From positions 1 to 64,000 of the forward strand of contig JAUVXW010000016.1 in assembly GCA_030603385.1 (NCBI GenBank): a stretch of 64,000 nucleotides of DNA. The letters are read 5' to 3'. Source of the DNA: Promethearchaeota archaeon. GTDB taxonomy: Archaea > Asgardarchaeota > Lokiarchaeia > Sigyniarchaeales > SOKP01. Below are positions 1 through 9,958 of this stretch, piece by piece (positions within the stretch are counted from its first letter, which is position 1; every line of letters begins with the position of its first letter). The notes under the pieces were generated by a model that was not told the origin of the DNA, ran no database searches, and saw nothing but the letters and a program-made list of their open reading frames with translations. The position numbers were made by a program, and so were the translations under genes.

Positions 1-1
1 G

Positions 2-442
2 ATACCACTAATGATTAACAATGCTTTAAATAACAAAAATTTACCCGTTTATGGTAAAGGAATTAATGTGAGAGATTGGCTTCATGTAAAAGATCATTGT
101 ATAGCTATTCTAAAAGTATTAGTAGAAGGAAGAATTGGAGAGATTTACAATATAGGAGGAGATTCAGAGATTGCTAATATTGAATTAGTTGAAAAGTTAT
201 TAAAAATTTTAGATAAACCCCAATCATTAATAAAATTTGTAAAAGATAGACCAGGTCATGATTTAAGATATGCAATGAATCATGATAAAATAACAAAAGA
301 GTTACATTGGAATCCTGAAGTAGATTTTGAAAAGGGATTAAAAATGACTGTTGAATGGTATATTTCTAATAGAATATGGTTAGAAAATGTAATAACTAAA
401 GAGTATTTAAAATTTTATGAGAAACAATATAAAAATAGATAA
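2..442 (+). CDS. rfbB: dTDP-glucose 4,6-dehydratase, C-terminal part (5' truncated by window)
   Basis: LPVYGKGINVRDWLHVKDHC, GEIYNIGG and DRPGHDLRYA are RmlB/RfbB motifs; frame open to window edge. Confidence 0.9.
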   Translation: MPLMINNALNNKNLPVYGKGINVRDWLHVKDHCIAILKVLVEGRIGEIYNIGGDSEIANIELVEKLLKILDKPQSLIKFVKDRPGHDLRYAMNHDKITKELHWNPEVDFEKGLKMTVEWYISNRIWLENVITKEYLKFYEKQYKNR

Positions 443-712
443 TCGTATACTATAATCATTAATAATAAGCATAAATGGATTTTTAGGTTCCAATTTAGTT
501 CTTCTGAAAGAAATTAATTTTGAATAGAATTTTTACAGCTAAAGGAGAAAATGGTGAAGATATACCATATTATTGGGTTATTAAATCAAATCTTAATCTA
601 TTCTAAAAAGTTACCAAACCTAACAGTAATTTAAATTACTGTTTTAGGAAGTTTTGTAAATATTTTTAAGAAGAAGGTCTATGTTTCTTATATGGAAAAT
701 AACACATAATTT

Positions 713-2386
713 GTGAGAAATAACTTGGATAAACAAAGAATTCTAAAGGAAGCCCAAATAATAGCAAAAGAATTTTCTTTTTGGATGGTTTCGGGAAACA
801 TAGCCCATTTGTATGGTTATGTTTATGAAATCCCAGAAAAGAAATTTGAATTAGAAATAAAATTTGATGAAACTTTTCCAAATAATCCCCCTCAATTGTT
901 ATATCATGATGAAATTAAGGAGGTATTAGGAGAAATTCAATTAGAAAAACATAAACATTGGACACCAGAATCTAAAGTTGTTGACATTATCAAGGAATTG
1001 AAGTTAAAAATTCAAGAAGCAATTCAAATTCCTAAAACAATAACAGAAGAAGAATTGAGTTCCTTAAAGACTAGTGAAAAATTTGATGATTCTTTAGAAA
1101 CTGAAGAATATACTACACCAGATCTAAATGCTTACCCTCCAGATTATCAATCAGAAGATTACATAGTACCTTCAGATACTAATAACAATTTATTTTATAC
1201 TGAGCAAGCATCTGCAGATTTATCAGAAAATTATGATGTCAAATCTCTTGATGAACCTTTCTTTGATGAAACAAAACAGTTAAACTTAGAATTATCTACA
1301 GAATTAGGATTGATTCAACAAGAGTATGCATATGATCAAAAAGGTTCAAATGCTGCTGAAATAAATGTTTATATTACAATTACACTTACAAAGACTTTCA
1401 TTATTTCAATAGATTTTACACATTACCCTGAAAGACCTGTAATAACTTTTCCAGATGAGGTAAAAAAAATCTTACGGGATCCTTATAGAACTTTAAACAC
1501 TTTAAGAGAATGGAGTTCCAAAAAACCACCACATATTGTAGATGTCCTGCATGAATTAGAGAAAAAACTATTTTTCATAAAAGAAATTGAAATGCAATCA
1601 AAAAGGATTGCAGGAGAATATCAAAGCGAAAAAATTCCTGGAAGTTTGACAGCTCTGAAAGTCCACTTAATGACTTATGGTTTTAAGGAATATACCATGG
1701 TTATAGATTTAGAGTCTTATCCAAATCCTCCTGTTATAGATTTATCATCCGAATTGCAGCAAATTATCCAGATTTCGACTACAGAATTAGACGCTTATAA
1801 GAATTGGAAAGAGAACGAATCTGAACCAGTTGAAATAGTAAGAGAGATCTCTTGGTTAGTAGACAAGAATTCTAGAATAAATTTTGAGATTGATCTATTG
1901 AAAGATCATTATAAAAACATAAAATATGAACCCTCGACAGCGATTTTACATGTAGAAATGAAAGGAAAAATGAAAACTGAAGATCTTACTTTTGAATTTC
2001 AAATTAATTTACCGATTGATTATCCGATGAAAATGCCGGAAGTGAAAGTGGTAAACGAATTCGAACTCGAAGCTCATGAGAAGATAAAAAATGATTTACA
2101 TGCCTCATTTGATGACTTTTTTAAAGAATGGACACCCTTTAGTTATCTTGTTGATTTATTTAATTTAATTTCTAAGAAAATTTTCGAAGTATCAGTTGTA
2201 TCGTGTGTTATATGCCATAAAATCGAATGTCCGAGTTGTTCTAAAAAAATTGCTGGTGACAACAACTGTCATGCCGAATGCCCACATTGTGAAAAGCATT
2301 ATCATCTTCACTGTTGGCAGCAAACTGTTAAATCTTTTGGCAAATGTGGCTTTTGTCTTAAAACTCCTCCTCCTAGCATGATGTAA
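713..2386 (+). CDS. Tandem E2-like (UEV/RWD) x4 + C-terminal RING (C4HC3) protein, putative E3 ubiquitin ligase
   Basis: Four ~95-aa units each with [FY]PxxP-type turn (FPNNPP, YPERP, YPNPP, YPMKMP) followed by W + helix (HWTP, EWSS, NWKE, EWTP); C-terminal CPSC..CPHC-x4-H-x2-C..CGFC; no Cys before the Zn region. Confidence 0.75.
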   Translation: MRNNLDKQRILKEAQIIAKEFSFWMVSGNIAHLYGYVYEIPEKKFELEIKFDETFPNNPPQLLYHDEIKEVLGEIQLEKHKHWTPESKVVDIIKELKLKIQEAIQIPKTITEEELSSLKTSEKFDDSLETEEYTTPDLNAYPPDYQSEDYIVPSDTNNNLFYTEQASADLSENYDVKSLDEPFFDETKQLNLELSTELGLIQQEYAYDQKGSNAAEINVYITITLTKTFIISIDFTHYPERPVITFPDEVKKILRDPYRTLNTLREWSSKKPPHIVDVLHELEKKLFFIKEIEMQSKRIAGEYQSEKIPGSLTALKVHLMTYGFKEYTMVIDLESYPNPPVIDLSSELQQIIQISTTELDAYKNWKENESEPVEIVREISWLVDKNSRINFEIDLLKDHYKNIKYEPSTAILHVEMKGKMKTEDLTFEFQINLPIDYPMKMPEVKVVNEFELEAHEKIKNDLHASFDDFFKEWTPFSYLVDLFNLISKKIFEVSVVSCVICHKIECPSCSKKIAGDNNCHAECPHCEKHYHLHCWQQTVKSFGKCGFCLKTPPPSMM

Positions 2387-2459
2387 TTAAAATGTTAAAG
2401 AAAAAAAATTTTAATTTTTTACATAAAATTCTATATATAAATAATTATATAAAAAAAAA

Positions 2460-3665
2460 TTAAAGGTAATCATCAAGATTACCTAAAAACTTTTTTCCCG
2501 TCCAATAATAGGCTGGTGGCATCTTTAAGCCCCACTTTCTAGCATATCGGCCTATAGTAGTTCTGCCTATCTCGATACCGAATTTTTTTCGATGCAATTT
2601 TGCGATCTGAATCTTTGGCATTTTAAACAGAAGAATTTGAAGCTGTTCTCTTGAAAACATAAATTTTTCTCGGCGCATTGCTCTTGCTCTTTCTAGTTGC
2701 TCAACCCTTAATTTAGAATCTATTAATTTAATTCTTTTCCTTCTTAAGCTAAAATCATATTTATACAACATTTCATTAAATAAGTCAGCTGTTAAAAACA
2801 TCATATACTTAGTCTTTTCATCTCCATTTTTAGTTATATATTTCTGTTCACTTATTTTTGAATTAAGTCTAAATTTCTTTTTTATTTGATACAAAAATTT
2901 ATAACTGTTTGAATATATTCTCGATGATCCTTCTTCTCCATCACCATCAAAATATCCGAGAAGGAATGCCATATAAAGCTCACGAACTCGCTCATTATGA
3001 ATATCGCCTAAATCTGGCAAAGTTATAAATTCTGCCTTTTTGCCCTTGATTAATCCTTTATCCAAAAGATGCCCTATAAAACAGGAATCCTGAAAGCGGA
3101 TTAAAACAGTTGTAGTTTCAGAACTGTCATCTCTAATTCTGTTTTTATAAATTATATTTGACAGCTCGAATCCAATTGCCTTCGCAAATCTTAATACTAA
3201 GATTTCATCTTTAAATCCTATTTCTATTTGTATACCTCCCCTTTTTGTAATATGCCCTTCTGCGTAAACCCAGCCAAGCCAATATGCCTTTTCTTTTGAA
3301 TCAATTATATCAAAATAATCTAAGTTGAGATTAGGATTATAGTTAAGAGTAGATTTTGCAAACTTCTTTAGAGTGTTAGCTTGGCAATATCGTTTGAAAA
3401 TCCAATCAAAATTTGATTGCTGGTATTTGTGTTTAAAATAACTTCTTAAACTTGCCTTATATCCTTCTAACACATCCTCAGCAATTAAATAAATTTTTTC
3501 ATTCTTAGCATAACCTACCACTAAAGTCTTCTTACTTTCATAATGTCTCCCTCTCTGACCAGAAAGGAGTTCACTCATTATTTTATTAGTGACTATTATT
3601 CCAGGCATTAATTTCTGAGCTTCTTTCTTTAAATCATCTAAAAATTCAATAGTATTGTAGATCAT
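2460..3665 (-). CDS. Free-standing two-motif LAGLIDADG endonuclease-like protein with C-terminal HTH-like segment
   Basis: AYWLGWVYAEG and AFLLGYFDGDG motifs; C-terminal QIAKLH...IGRTTIGRYARKWG. Confidence 0.75.
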   Translation of the reverse strand: MIYNTIEFLDDLKKEAQKLMPGIIVTNKIMSELLSGQRGRHYESKKTLVVGYAKNEKIYLIAEDVLEGYKASLRSYFKHKYQQSNFDWIFKRYCQANTLKKFAKSTLNYNPNLNLDYFDIIDSKEKAYWLGWVYAEGHITKRGGIQIEIGFKDEILVLRFAKAIGFELSNIIYKNRIRDDSSETTTVLIRFQDSCFIGHLLDKGLIKGKKAEFITLPDLGDIHNERVRELYMAFLLGYFDGDGEEGSSRIYSNSYKFLYQIKKKFRLNSKISEQKYITKNGDEKTKYMMFLTADLFNEMLYKYDFSLRRKRIKLIDSKLRVEQLERARAMRREKFMFSREQLQILLFKMPKIQIAKLHRKKFGIEIGRTTIGRYARKWGLKMPPAYYWTGKKFLGNLDDYL

Positions 3666-4356
3666 GAAGAACCCTTTACTTTATAGATCAAAACTGTGTT
3701 TAGGCCTAATTTTTTAGGTTGTATTGCTCTAAATATTCCACTTTTTAATAATTTTAAATATAAAGAGTGTATTAATTTATAAGTTCAAATGATTAATGCT
3801 ATTTTAAGAATAAATGGAATTAAAAAAATCTCAATTAAAGATAATAATTTTAAAAGCTAATCCTTAAATTCTTAAAAAATTCGAATATGTCTTTATACTA
3901 TTAAGAAAAGGTATTTCTAAAAGAATTTTCTATAATTCTAAAACTAATTCAAACAAAGTTCAATTTTAAAAAATTGTAATCTTTAGAAATAGATTTTGTT
4001 CACGAGTGTTCTAGCATAAAACAATGCCAAAATTAAAGATTGACACTCCAATTGAATGATTTTGTAGTATTGTTAAATTGAGAATTTCCCTATATAAGTT
4101 TTTAGGTGAATATTCGAGCCTCGAATTTCTTTGGTTTTTTATTAGCCATATTATATTGGGTATTTGGCGTTTTCAGTACTACACTAATTCTGTCTTAGAT
4201 AGGCTCCAGAAATTATTTCCAATTGAATTAAAAGTTTTTCTCTTATTATATTACATTTGCGTTTAAATCTGGTACTTCTTGCTAATATGTATATAAAGTA
4301 TACAATAAATTTTTTAGTTTAAACTTCTTTTTATTAACATTCACATTTTAATTTAG

Positions 4357-7300
4357 ATGATTCTCGTGGAAGTATTGGAAAAGAAACTGAATCTTAAAGA
4401 ATTGGAAGAAAAAATTCTAGAATTTTGGGAAGCACAAGATATATATTCAAAAATACGAAAAAAAGAAGAAGGCAAAGATATATGGCGTTTTATTGATGGA
4501 CCTCCCTATACTACGGGTTCGATTCATTTAGGAACGGCTTGGAATAAAATTCTAAAAGACTATTTAATTAAGTATAAACGGATGCAAGGTTTTAAAGTCA
4601 CAGATACACCGGGATACGATACTCATGGGTTACCTATAGAAGTTCAGATGGAAAAAAAACTTGGGTTTAAGAATAAACAAGAAATTCAAGAATATGGTAT
4701 TGCCAAATTCATAGAGAATTGTAAGGATTATGCTAAGAAAAATATAAAAATTATGAATGAACAGTTTAAACGTTTAGGATGTTATTTTTGGAACTGGGAT
4801 AATCCATACATTACGTATAAAAATAGCTATATCGAGGGGATCTGGTGGACGTTAAAAAAGGCATGGGAAAATGGATTACTTTATCAATTTTATAGACCTT
4901 TAAACGTCTGCCCGAGATGCGCTACAGCACTTGCAAAGCATGAACATGAATATAAAATTATTACAGATGTAAGCCTATTCCTTAAAATAAAATCTGCTGA
5001 TATGAAAGATACATATTTTATCATTTGGACTACAACGCCATGGACTTTAGTTGCTAATGAGGCTATAATGGCAAATCCCTATGCTGAATATGCCAGAGTG
5101 AAAATTGAAGATTTAGATGAATATTGGATTCTATCTAAAGCCTCGATAGTACATTTAATTTCAGGAGAATTAGGATATAAATATGCAATCGTAGAAGATT
5201 ATCTTGGTGAAGACTTAAAGGGTTGGAAATATATTCACCCATTATTAGATGAAGTTCCTTATCAGAAAGAATTAGCAAAACAGAGTGAAACTGTTCATAC
5301 AATAATTCTATCTGAGGAGTATGTTTCTGCTTCAGAAGGTGTTGGTTTGGTTCATTCTGCGCCTGGTCATGGACCTGAAGACTTTGAAGTAGGAGTAGCA
5401 AATAATATTCCTGTTTTTACACCAGTAAATATAAGAGGCATTTACACTAAAGAAGCAGGAAAATATGAGGGTAAGTTTGTTTTCGATGCTAACGAGGAAA
5501 TTCTGGAAACTTTACGAAAAAAAGGAACTCTTATATTTACTAGCGAGGTAGAGCATGAATATGCTCACTGTTGGAGATGTGATTCTAAATTAGTATACCA
5601 AGCCACTAATCAATGGTTTTTTAAAACAGAAAGCCTTGTTCCTGAACTATTAGAAAAAAATAGTGAAATTTATTGGGTTCCAGATTGGGCGGGAAATAGA
5701 TGGTTCAAAAGTTGGTTAAGCAGTTTGAAAGATTGGTGTATTTCTCGACAGCGTTTTTGGGGTGTACCATTAAGTGTTTGGATATGTGATAACGAAGATT
5801 GTAAAGATATTACTGTTATAGGTTCTCGATTAGAATTGATGGAAACAGCCGGGAGATGCCCTGAGGATCTGCATAGACCTTGGATAGATGAGGTTACTTG
5901 GAAATGTAAAAAATGCAATTCTGGAATTAAAAAAAGAATTCCTGATATTTTAGATGTGTGGTTAGATTCTGGTTCTGTGGTGTGGGCTGCTCAAGAATAT
6001 TATAGTGGAGAATCTGAGAATTTTGACTCATGGGTTTCAGCAGACTTTATCCTAGAAGGAAAAGACCAAATCAGAGGGTGGTTCAACAGCTTATTATGTA
6101 GTGCTATGGTGTCGTCAAAACGTAAAAATTATAATGCCTGTTATATGCATGGTTGGACATTAAGAGATAAGGTGAAGATGAGTAAATCAAAAGGTACTCA
6201 AATTTTCCCCGAGGATCTCATAGAAGGTACTCTTGATGATTTACAGAAGAAAAAGTCCTATTCCAATATTAAAGGAATTGAAACTTTTCGCTACTATTCA
6301 ATTGGAGTAACACAACCGGGCCGGGATTTCAATTTTAATACAAAGGAATATGCTGACACATATAAAATAATCAACACTATATGGAATATCTATGTTTATG
6401 CAAGTGAAAAATTAAATTTAGCGCAATTTGATAGATCAAAAATAATATTTGATGAAGGAAAATTAGGTTTATTAGATAAATGGTTGATTTCAAGGTTAAA
6501 TTCTACAATTAAAAGAGTAACTGAATTATCTGATAACTTTAAGCTCCCCTGGATAACCGGCGAACTTAAAGAATTTATTATCAATGATATTAGCAGATGG
6601 TATATAATGTTGAATCGAGAAAAATTGGATATTTATTCTGATAGCCCAGATAAATTCACAATAATGACTGTGTTATTTGATATATTATTTAAAGTCATAT
6701 TGCTATTAGCACCAATTAATCCAATGTTAACTGAGGAAATTTATCAAAAAATATTCAAACCATATATGAGTTCAATAGGTTTAGAAGAAACTGATAGCAT
6801 TCATTTACATAATTGGCCTAAAGTTGACGAGAAAAAAATTAACATTGAATTAGAAGATCAGATGCTTTTCACCAAAGATTTAATTGAATTTATCCGTGCC
6901 TTAAAGGAAGAAAATAAAATAAGAATGAGATGGCCAAATAAAAGAATAATTATTGAACCAAAAGAAGGAATGCCAAAAATATCTTTCCCAGAGATAATTA
7001 AAAAGGTCGGAAATGTAAAAGAGTTAGCGATTAAGGATTCTGTAAAATCAGATGATAATTTAATTAAAGTAGAATCAAAATATTGCAATATTTATTTGGA
7101 TACCAGCCTTGATGATGAATTATTAGCCGAACGCGTGATAAATGAATTAATAAGAAACATACAATATTCTCGAAAGAGAAACAATTTCAAAGTGGGGGAA
7201 AAAATTGCTTTATCAATTGGAACGAATTCAGAATATTTAAAGGATTACATTGAAAGAAATGTAGAAATACTTTCTGAAAGAGTAACTGCTCAAATTCTTG

Positions 7301-7506
7301 AGTTAAAACAGGATGATCTTACGAAAGAGAAAGATAAAGTTTTTGGACAATTGAATCTTTGCACAAATAAGACTTGTTCCGCTTCATTGAAGGAGAACAT
7401 CCTCTCAAAGCTAGAAAAAAATACAGAGACTAATTGCCCATATTGTAAAACGAAATTAACAAAAGAGGGTATTAAAACCATAACGTTCAATTTTCTTAAA
7501 ATTTAA
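4357..7506 (+). CDS. ileS: Isoleucine--tRNA ligase (archaeal/eukaryotic type)
   Basis: DGPPYTTGSIHLGT (HIGH), WTTTPWTL, DWCISRQRFWGVP, EGKDQIRGWF, KMSKS; start may be GTG 4366. Confidence 0.97.
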   Translation: MILVEVLEKKLNLKELEEKILEFWEAQDIYSKIRKKEEGKDIWRFIDGPPYTTGSIHLGTAWNKILKDYLIKYKRMQGFKVTDTPGYDTHGLPIEVQMEKKLGFKNKQEIQEYGIAKFIENCKDYAKKNIKIMNEQFKRLGCYFWNWDNPYITYKNSYIEGIWWTLKKAWENGLLYQFYRPLNVCPRCATALAKHEHEYKIITDVSLFLKIKSADMKDTYFIIWTTTPWTLVANEAIMANPYAEYARVKIEDLDEYWILSKASIVHLISGELGYKYAIVEDYLGEDLKGWKYIHPLLDEVPYQKELAKQSETVHTIILSEEYVSASEGVGLVHSAPGHGPEDFEVGVANNIPVFTPVNIRGIYTKEAGKYEGKFVFDANEEILETLRKKGTLIFTSEVEHEYAHCWRCDSKLVYQATNQWFFKTESLVPELLEKNSEIYWVPDWAGNRWFKSWLSSLKDWCISRQRFWGVPLSVWICDNEDCKDITVIGSRLELMETAGRCPEDLHRPWIDEVTWKCKKCNSGIKKRIPDILDVWLDSGSVVWAAQEYYSGESENFDSWVSADFILEGKDQIRGWFNSLLCSAMVSSKRKNYNACYMHGWTLRDKVKMSKSKGTQIFPEDLIEGTLDDLQKKKSYSNIKGIETFRYYSIGVTQPGRDFNFNTKEYADTYKIINTIWNIYVYASEKLNLAQFDRSKIIFDEGKLGLLDKWLISRLNSTIKRVTELSDNFKLPWITGELKEFIINDISRWYIMLNREKLDIYSDSPDKFTIMTVLFDILFKVILLLAPINPMLTEEIYQKIFKPYMSSIGLEETDSIHLHNWPKVDEKKINIELEDQMLFTKDLIEFIRALKEENKIRMRWPNKRIIIEPKEGMPKISFPEIIKKVGNVKELAIKDSVKSDDNLIKVESKYCNIYLDTSLDDELLAERVINELIRNIQYSRKRNNFKVGEKIALSIGTNSEYLKDYIERNVEILSERVTAQILELKQDDLTKEKDKVFGQLNLCTNKTCSASLKENILSKLEKNTETNCPYCKTKLTKEGIKTITFNFLKI

Positions 7507-7759
7507 TCAAAAAATCAAGGATAAATCCTTTTTTTACTAAATTATAAAAGGCTCATAGAATAATAAATATTAGCCATACCTATCAAAAAGAAGTAAATAA
7601 TAGTAACCGCAACTGTGAAATCCTTACTTGCATTAATTTGAATTGAAAATTTAAATAGTTAAAAATTCAGTTAAGCACTTGAAATAAAAATACGAACGTA
7701 AAATACTCGAATAATCACTTATAAAAACATTTAAATAAAGAAGTGTCAAAGTATATATT

Positions 7760-9871
7760 ATGTCAAGTAAATCTAAATTAATAATTGGAATTGTTATGCT
7801 AGCACTTGGTGCTGGTTTAATACCAACTGGTTTTTTAACAAATGATTATCTAAGAGATGAAGTTTATGATGGAGTTCCTAGAGCGCTTCGAACAATCCGA
7901 GATGACGGCGTTGAGGGTTTACTGCCACAAATACCAGTTCTATCGACACCAGATGTTCTTAAGGGAATCTACGATAACGCTATAGAGGAATTAGAAAATT
8001 TTGTAGTCTTAAGGAGTACTACCGGTGTACTAAGAAGTATCTGGCAGGCTATGTTTGGATATTGGTTGTTACCTTACGACTGGGCTTATGTGATTGATGC
8101 TGCAGCATCGGCAAGAGTATTTAATCAAACAATCGCAGCAGCACCTGATGAGGGGACATTTTTTAATTCTAGTGCTTTTTGGGCTAATATAGGTGGTTCA
8201 TGGTTTCCTGGTATAGCAGCTTATACAGGATATGATTTGAATTTCACTTTTCATCCTCGAGAAAGACTTTTAAGAGTGGGTTCGGATGATGTTTATCTTC
8301 CAGGTATCCCAGCTTTCCTGCCTACTGTAGACATGGGATCAGGGTTTGGAAAATACCAAACAGTAACGTATGGTCTCAATTTCTCAGCTAATCCTGGAGA
8401 TGATTATGTACTAGATTACATAATGGGTGAGTACTACATCGATGGACTTCACGCAGAAGCTATTGCTAATTATACACAAGCGCTGGTATATTATTATGTT
8501 CCCTTTGCGGGCGGATGGGACGCAGCCTATCCTGGACTCAGTTATACAGAAGCAAAAGATCCTAGTATTGGATTTTATCAACAATGGGCAAATGCTACCT
8601 ATATCCAAGAGGGGATTGATCTTCATGAATTTTTCGGGTATAACTGGTGGGGTGAGTCAAGTGTTGGTCCTGATTTTGGTGAACATGGACAAAAAGGTCT
8701 TGAAGCAGGAGTTACTTTTTCATCAGAATCTCCTGAAACTGTAAGAGTACCCACTAATATTCCCTTAGCTACTGCTTCTTGGCTTTGGTGGAGTGGTGAT
8801 AGTAATTCTTTTACAAATGATGCTGGATTTCTAAAATGGATGAATGCTTCTGAGGCTACAAATTTGAAGACTTACTTCAGTCTTGATGATACTCAATATA
8901 ACCAGGTTCTAAATTGGTTAAACTTCTTTATGACTAATGTGACCCCCGTAGCGCTTGAATGGCAGGGAGCAGATGTCCGTGATATAGCACAAGGATTTTT
9001 CGAACAGCAGTGGGCAAATGGTACAATCCAAGGTAACGTCGAGCTTTCTGACGGATTTCTAAATGAGTTAAGCCCAACATTGGCGGGTGCTCCTTATTTC
9101 GAAATAGGGTTACCAGTTGAAAGTAATTTGACTCTTGCCCAAACGATGGCGCTTTGGAATTTAGGTAGCGATAAGACATTTTTCTTTAGCGATTCTTTTA
9201 ATTCAATTTGGTATCCTGCATTAAATAATGATAACGCAAGTCAAGCTTTCATAATGTCGGAATTTGGCCTTGATCCTGGTGAATTAGCAGCAGTTCTAGG
9301 CTGGTTAGGTGCTTTAATAGGTCTTGATCCAACGACGGGTCGAATTACTCAGATAATTGAAATTGAAAAAGGTGCTCCATTAGCAACGATTGTTCTCCTT
9401 GCGGTTTATGAGCAATGGGCGAATGGTACTATTAATGGAGAAGTTGCTATTCCCGACGGATTACTCAGCAGACGATCTCCTCCTATTTATGGCCCACCCT
9501 ACTTTGAACTCGGGTTAATGTACCCTATTGGTATAACCGTGGCACAAACTATGGCACTGTGGAATGAAGCTAGCGAATACTCCTTAGTTACTGGTAGTGG
9601 AATTAATAAATGGTATAGTGCAAAAGCTGGAAATACAATCTATGATGATCTAAAGACACAAAATGGATTAGGTGATATCCAAATGGGTGCTATTTTAGAA
9701 TGGTTGCCAGTATTTCGCGATGTAATCGCAAACAAACTCGGAGAGGATGATAAGAATTTACCTATGACCCCTTATGCATTAGGTGAAACATTAGTTCTCA
9801 GTTTAGGTATCGGCGGTGGAGCTTTAGCTGCTCTTGGTGTAGTACTGCTTATATTATCAAGAAGATCATAA
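7760..9871 (+). CDS. Surface glycoprotein with N- and C-terminal TM helices and three ~140-aa internal repeats
   Basis: Hydrophobic termini flanked by basic residues; repeats beginning QQWANAT / QQWANGT / EQWANGT; many N-x-S/T sequons. Confidence 0.7.
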   Translation: MSSKSKLIIGIVMLALGAGLIPTGFLTNDYLRDEVYDGVPRALRTIRDDGVEGLLPQIPVLSTPDVLKGIYDNAIEELENFVVLRSTTGVLRSIWQAMFGYWLLPYDWAYVIDAAASARVFNQTIAAAPDEGTFFNSSAFWANIGGSWFPGIAAYTGYDLNFTFHPRERLLRVGSDDVYLPGIPAFLPTVDMGSGFGKYQTVTYGLNFSANPGDDYVLDYIMGEYYIDGLHAEAIANYTQALVYYYVPFAGGWDAAYPGLSYTEAKDPSIGFYQQWANATYIQEGIDLHEFFGYNWWGESSVGPDFGEHGQKGLEAGVTFSSESPETVRVPTNIPLATASWLWWSGDSNSFTNDAGFLKWMNASEATNLKTYFSLDDTQYNQVLNWLNFFMTNVTPVALEWQGADVRDIAQGFFEQQWANGTIQGNVELSDGFLNELSPTLAGAPYFEIGLPVESNLTLAQTMALWNLGSDKTFFFSDSFNSIWYPALNNDNASQAFIMSEFGLDPGELAAVLGWLGALIGLDPTTGRITQIIEIEKGAPLATIVLLAVYEQWANGTINGEVAIPDGLLSRRSPPIYGPPYFELGLMYPIGITVAQTMALWNEASEYSLVTGSGINKWYSAKAGNTIYDDLKTQNGLGDIQMGAILEWLPVFRDVIANKLGEDDKNLPMTPYALGETLVLSLGIGGGALAALGVVLLILSRRS

Positions 9872-9904
9872 AAATGTTAAAAAATCATAAAAGAAACAAC
9901 TAAA

Positions 9905-9958
9905 ATCTTTTTTTTATTTAATTTTTTATTTCTTTTTTTTTAGCCAATTCTCATTTTT
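9905..9958 (+). terminator. Oligo-T tracts, probable archaeal terminator between convergent genes
   Basis: Several long T runs directly after the stop of 7760..9871. Confidence 0.4.

Noticed and set aside
713-1010. Active E2 ubiquitin-conjugating enzyme
   Set aside because: No HPN motif and the catalytic Cys position is Gln
2460-3665. Intein or intron-encoded endonuclease
   Set aside because: No splicing motifs and no interrupted host gene or rRNA around it
3666-4356. Long intergenic region and 62-aa ORF 4078..4266
   Set aside because: No repeat, RNA structure or convincing coding signal found by eye
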